Assembly (NCBI GenBank): GCA_018985225.1
Contig: JADGIF010000101.1
Coordinates: 1 to 20,051, forward strand
Reading direction: 5' to 3'
Length of the DNA stretch: 20,051 nucleotides
From: Amoeboradix gromovi X-113
Taxonomy: Eukaryota; Fungi; Sanchytriomycota
Numbering within the stretch: the stretch's first letter is position 1; every line of letters begins with the position of its first letter. The translations under genes were made by a program, and so were the position numbers. This document shows positions 17,869-20,051 of the stretch, one piece after another. The notes under the pieces were generated by a model, which had not been told where the DNA came from, searched no databases, and saw only the letters and a list, made by a program, of their open reading frames with translations.

Positions 17869-19728
17869 CTATTCGAGTATTCCTGACTTTACTAGCAAGT
17901 CATCTAATGAGCAGTTTTCTACAAGTGGTGTCCTACATGCCCTGTGCTTATAAATATATCTTACGTTATTGAATCCCCTATCGTCATGGCAGAATGTTGA
18001 CTCTATCAGTTCCTGTATTGTTATTTCTTTATCAACATGTCCCAGATCGCTTTTTTGAATCTCTGAATACCATCTTTTGCCACAAAGTACAAAATTTTCT
18101 TTTAAGATTTTAAACAACTCAAATAATAATTCAACGTCTTCTATGGGCAAATCATCGCCTAGGTAATAGTACTTCTGTTTATTTTTATATCTCAGTATCC
18201 TGAATTTATCATCGTTCACAATTACAATAGCAGTTTTAGAGATGAAGTCTCCCAAATTGATAGATTGGATACACAGCATTGCTTTAAACTGTTCATCGTC
18301 TAATACTAGCATGCCAACATCACTGTAATTATTTAAATACAAAACTTCAAGTTCCTGGTTCCTAAGAAATGAATAAACTCCTTCGTTATTGTATTTGCAG
18401 TTAAAACAAACTGAATTGACCGAATTTAAATCGGCAAAGTATTCGTGGGCCCTGATGTCTGTGGTGTGTAAAAAGGGTGTGCCATTGATTTGATTTACCA
18501 CTGTTTGTACATTTATCAATGAGTTGTAGTTTACCATCAAATCGCCGCTAATTATGAGAATGCATGTTGACTCATTACTACCTGCATTTATGTACGGTAT
18601 GGTATCAAGATAAAGCTTGTTAGATATAAACAAATACAAGTTTTTGTTTGACGAGGATATCCCAACCATATTGCTATCTGCAAGCATCTTGCATTCATCA
18701 GCTAAGCAAATGGTCAACTTGCCACTAAATGTATTACTGTCTTGTGAAGTACCATCAAGTGCAAATATTTGGGTTATTATTGATTTTAACCAGTTCAGAG
18801 GGACAAAAACTGTTAAAAATAGATCTTTTGGGATTATAACATCACTTGCAGATTCAAGAACTAGATTTTCATTATACCAGTTATAATTTGTTGTTATTTG
18901 CTTGCTTATGCTAATTATAGTAGAATCATTATTTATACACCCTTTGTTATTAATATTATAGTAAAGATTCAGTGGAGTAGAGCAGAGAAAAAAGTTTAGC
19001 TTGTCATCCACTAAGAACTGGCGTTTTTTGGGTATTCTAAATGCTGTTAGCTCTTCTGAAATTTGGGGTTTGCTATTTTGCAATGAGTTCCTGGTATTTT
19101 TGAATTCCTCATCTTGGGCCTCATCAGGATTATCCTGTAATTCAGACTGAGACTCGTCATCCTCTTCTGGGATAGCAGAAATGACAGGCTGCTTATGAAA
19201 AATTAACGCAGGAGATTTTATTTTATCTATTTTTACTCTCTTCTCTTTTATAAAGCTACGAGAATTGGAAGTAGTGGACATGTTGTGAAGTTTTTTTTTG
19301 AATCCGATTGCTTTAGCTTTGGGCTTATCGTAAAACACATATTTAGGATCTTTTAACAGTTCAGAATCATAAACAGGATTTTGATAAATGGCTTCGAAAC
19401 TAGATTTGGCAAATTCTACCGCTGAAGAATCACATTCCTGCTTCTTTTTTTTAATGATGTCTAGTTGAGTGTCTAAATGACTCATTCTATAATCTATGCT
19501 TGAATAACTTTGTAGTAAACTCTGCGATTTATTTAAAGCTGATGCCAAATATCGCGGGTTGCTCAAGTTAGTACACTCATTGGAAAGTTGACTAATTAAA
19601 TCTTGTTGTGAAGATATTTTAGGAATTAGCTTATCGAGAATTACAGATCTTAATATTTTGATTGCGTGTTTGAATTGATGTGTATCCATACATTCTAACG
19701 ACCCATAAAAAATCTGATCCATATTCAT
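17869..19728 (-). CDS. Hypothetical protein (619 aa) with N-terminal coiled coil and an acidic linker
   Basis: Long ATG-initiated ORF ending 38 nt upstream of the DZIP1 ATG. No recognisable family motif. Confidence 0.75.
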   Translation of the reverse strand: MNMDQIFYGSLECMDTHQFKHAIKILRSVILDKLIPKISSQQDLISQLSNECTNLSNPRYLASALNKSQSLLQSYSSIDYRMSHLDTQLDIIKKKKQECDSSAVEFAKSSFEAIYQNPVYDSELLKDPKYVFYDKPKAKAIGFKKKLHNMSTTSNSRSFIKEKRVKIDKIKSPALIFHKQPVISAIPEEDDESQSELQDNPDEAQDEEFKNTRNSLQNSKPQISEELTAFRIPKKRQFLVDDKLNFFLCSTPLNLYYNINNKGCINNDSTIISISKQITTNYNWYNENLVLESASDVIIPKDLFLTVFVPLNWLKSIITQIFALDGTSQDSNTFSGKLTICLADECKMLADSNMVGISSSNKNLYLFISNKLYLDTIPYINAGSNESTCILIISGDLMVNYNSLINVQTVVNQINGTPFLHTTDIRAHEYFADLNSVNSVCFNCKYNNEGVYSFLRNQELEVLYLNNYSDVGMLVLDDEQFKAMLCIQSINLGDFISKTAIVIVNDDKFRILRYKNKQKYYYLGDDLPIEDVELLFELFKILKENFVLCGKRWYSEIQKSDLGHVDKEITIQELIESTFCHDDRGFNNVRYIYKHRACRTPLVENCSLDDLLVKSGILE

Positions 19729-20051
19729 TGTAGAATTGTGGGGGTAAGTATTGTTTTAAAAGACGAGCTTGAATTTTTATGATGTTGAAGTGTATAAATG
19801 ATAGGCCTAACACCTTTCTAAAGTTCTATTATATGATGAAGGAGAGCACTGCTACCGCATTTGAGATAAAGCTAAGAAGTCACAATCATTCTAAACAAAG
19901 TTCCAAAATGTGAAGTAGAAAGTCTGGGACACCAAATATAAAAACTAGACTAACTTGTTTTTAAAGGAGGTGCTCCATACGGAGGAAATGCTATCATTAA
20001 TAAAAGATCTTCTATTATACCAATATTCTCTCATTACTTTCAATCCCCTCT

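Noticed and set aside
18615-18636. Intron-like GTATTTGTTTATATCTAACAAG (22 nt, minus strand) in the 619-aa gene
   Set aside because: Splicing would shift a frame that stays open for ~250 more codons unspliced. It shows the motif alone can arise by chance.
19741-19751. ATACTTACCCC on the minus strand, resembling the U1 snRNA 5' end
   Set aside because: It runs into the ATG of the 619-aa gene within about 13 nt, with no U1 stem-loops or Sm site.
1579-19813. Short antisense or alternative-frame ORFs in the track (e.g. 4116-4775, 9249-9671, 8443-8739, 12037-12294, 6705-6986, 15303-15491)
   Set aside because: They are shadows of real genes or lack recognisable protein features.
1-20051. Full reassignment of TAA/TAG to Gln (ciliate- or Amoeboaphelidium-type code)
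   Set aside because: SERINC and RING end at TAA exactly where their families end. CAA/CAG are abundant and internal TAA is rare, so only ambiguous decoding remains possible.
1-20051. tRNA, rRNA, CRISPR arrays, prokaryotic operon or terminator signals
   Set aside because: None seen. GTTCGA-like hits fall within coding regions and the gene content is eukaryotic.

Overview
AT-rich, gene-dense eukaryotic DNA. It most resembles a zoosporic early-diverging fungus or other holomycotan with a reduced genome (sanchytrid-like). This is an inference from a fungal-type RPB1, the ciliary gene DZIP1, the WAVE-complex gene CYFIP, and 31-52 nt intergenic spacers. Genes in order: EMC1 (-), CYFIP/Sra1 (+), a secreted LRR/Ser-Thr-rich protein (+), a probable Fanzor/TnpB remnant (-), a doubly truncated RPB1 core fragment (-) fused out of frame to a hypothetical gene, a SIM-RING-H2 ligase (+), SERINC/TMS1 (+), a hypothetical membrane protein (-), DZIP1/Iguana (-) and a hypothetical protein (-). 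Three observations stand out. (1) There are ultra-short GT-AG introns of 18-20 nt: one joins the two DZIP1 ORFs in frame, and one removes a 6-aa insertion from CYFIP. (2) In-frame TAA codons interrupt otherwise colinear conserved genes, two in CYFIP and one in EMC1, which points to UAA readthrough/recoding, decay of a duplicated block, or sequencing error. (3) An orphan RPB1 active-site module with substitutions at near-invariant residues sits next to the Fanzor-like relic. All homolog comparisons are from recalled sequences, not from searches.
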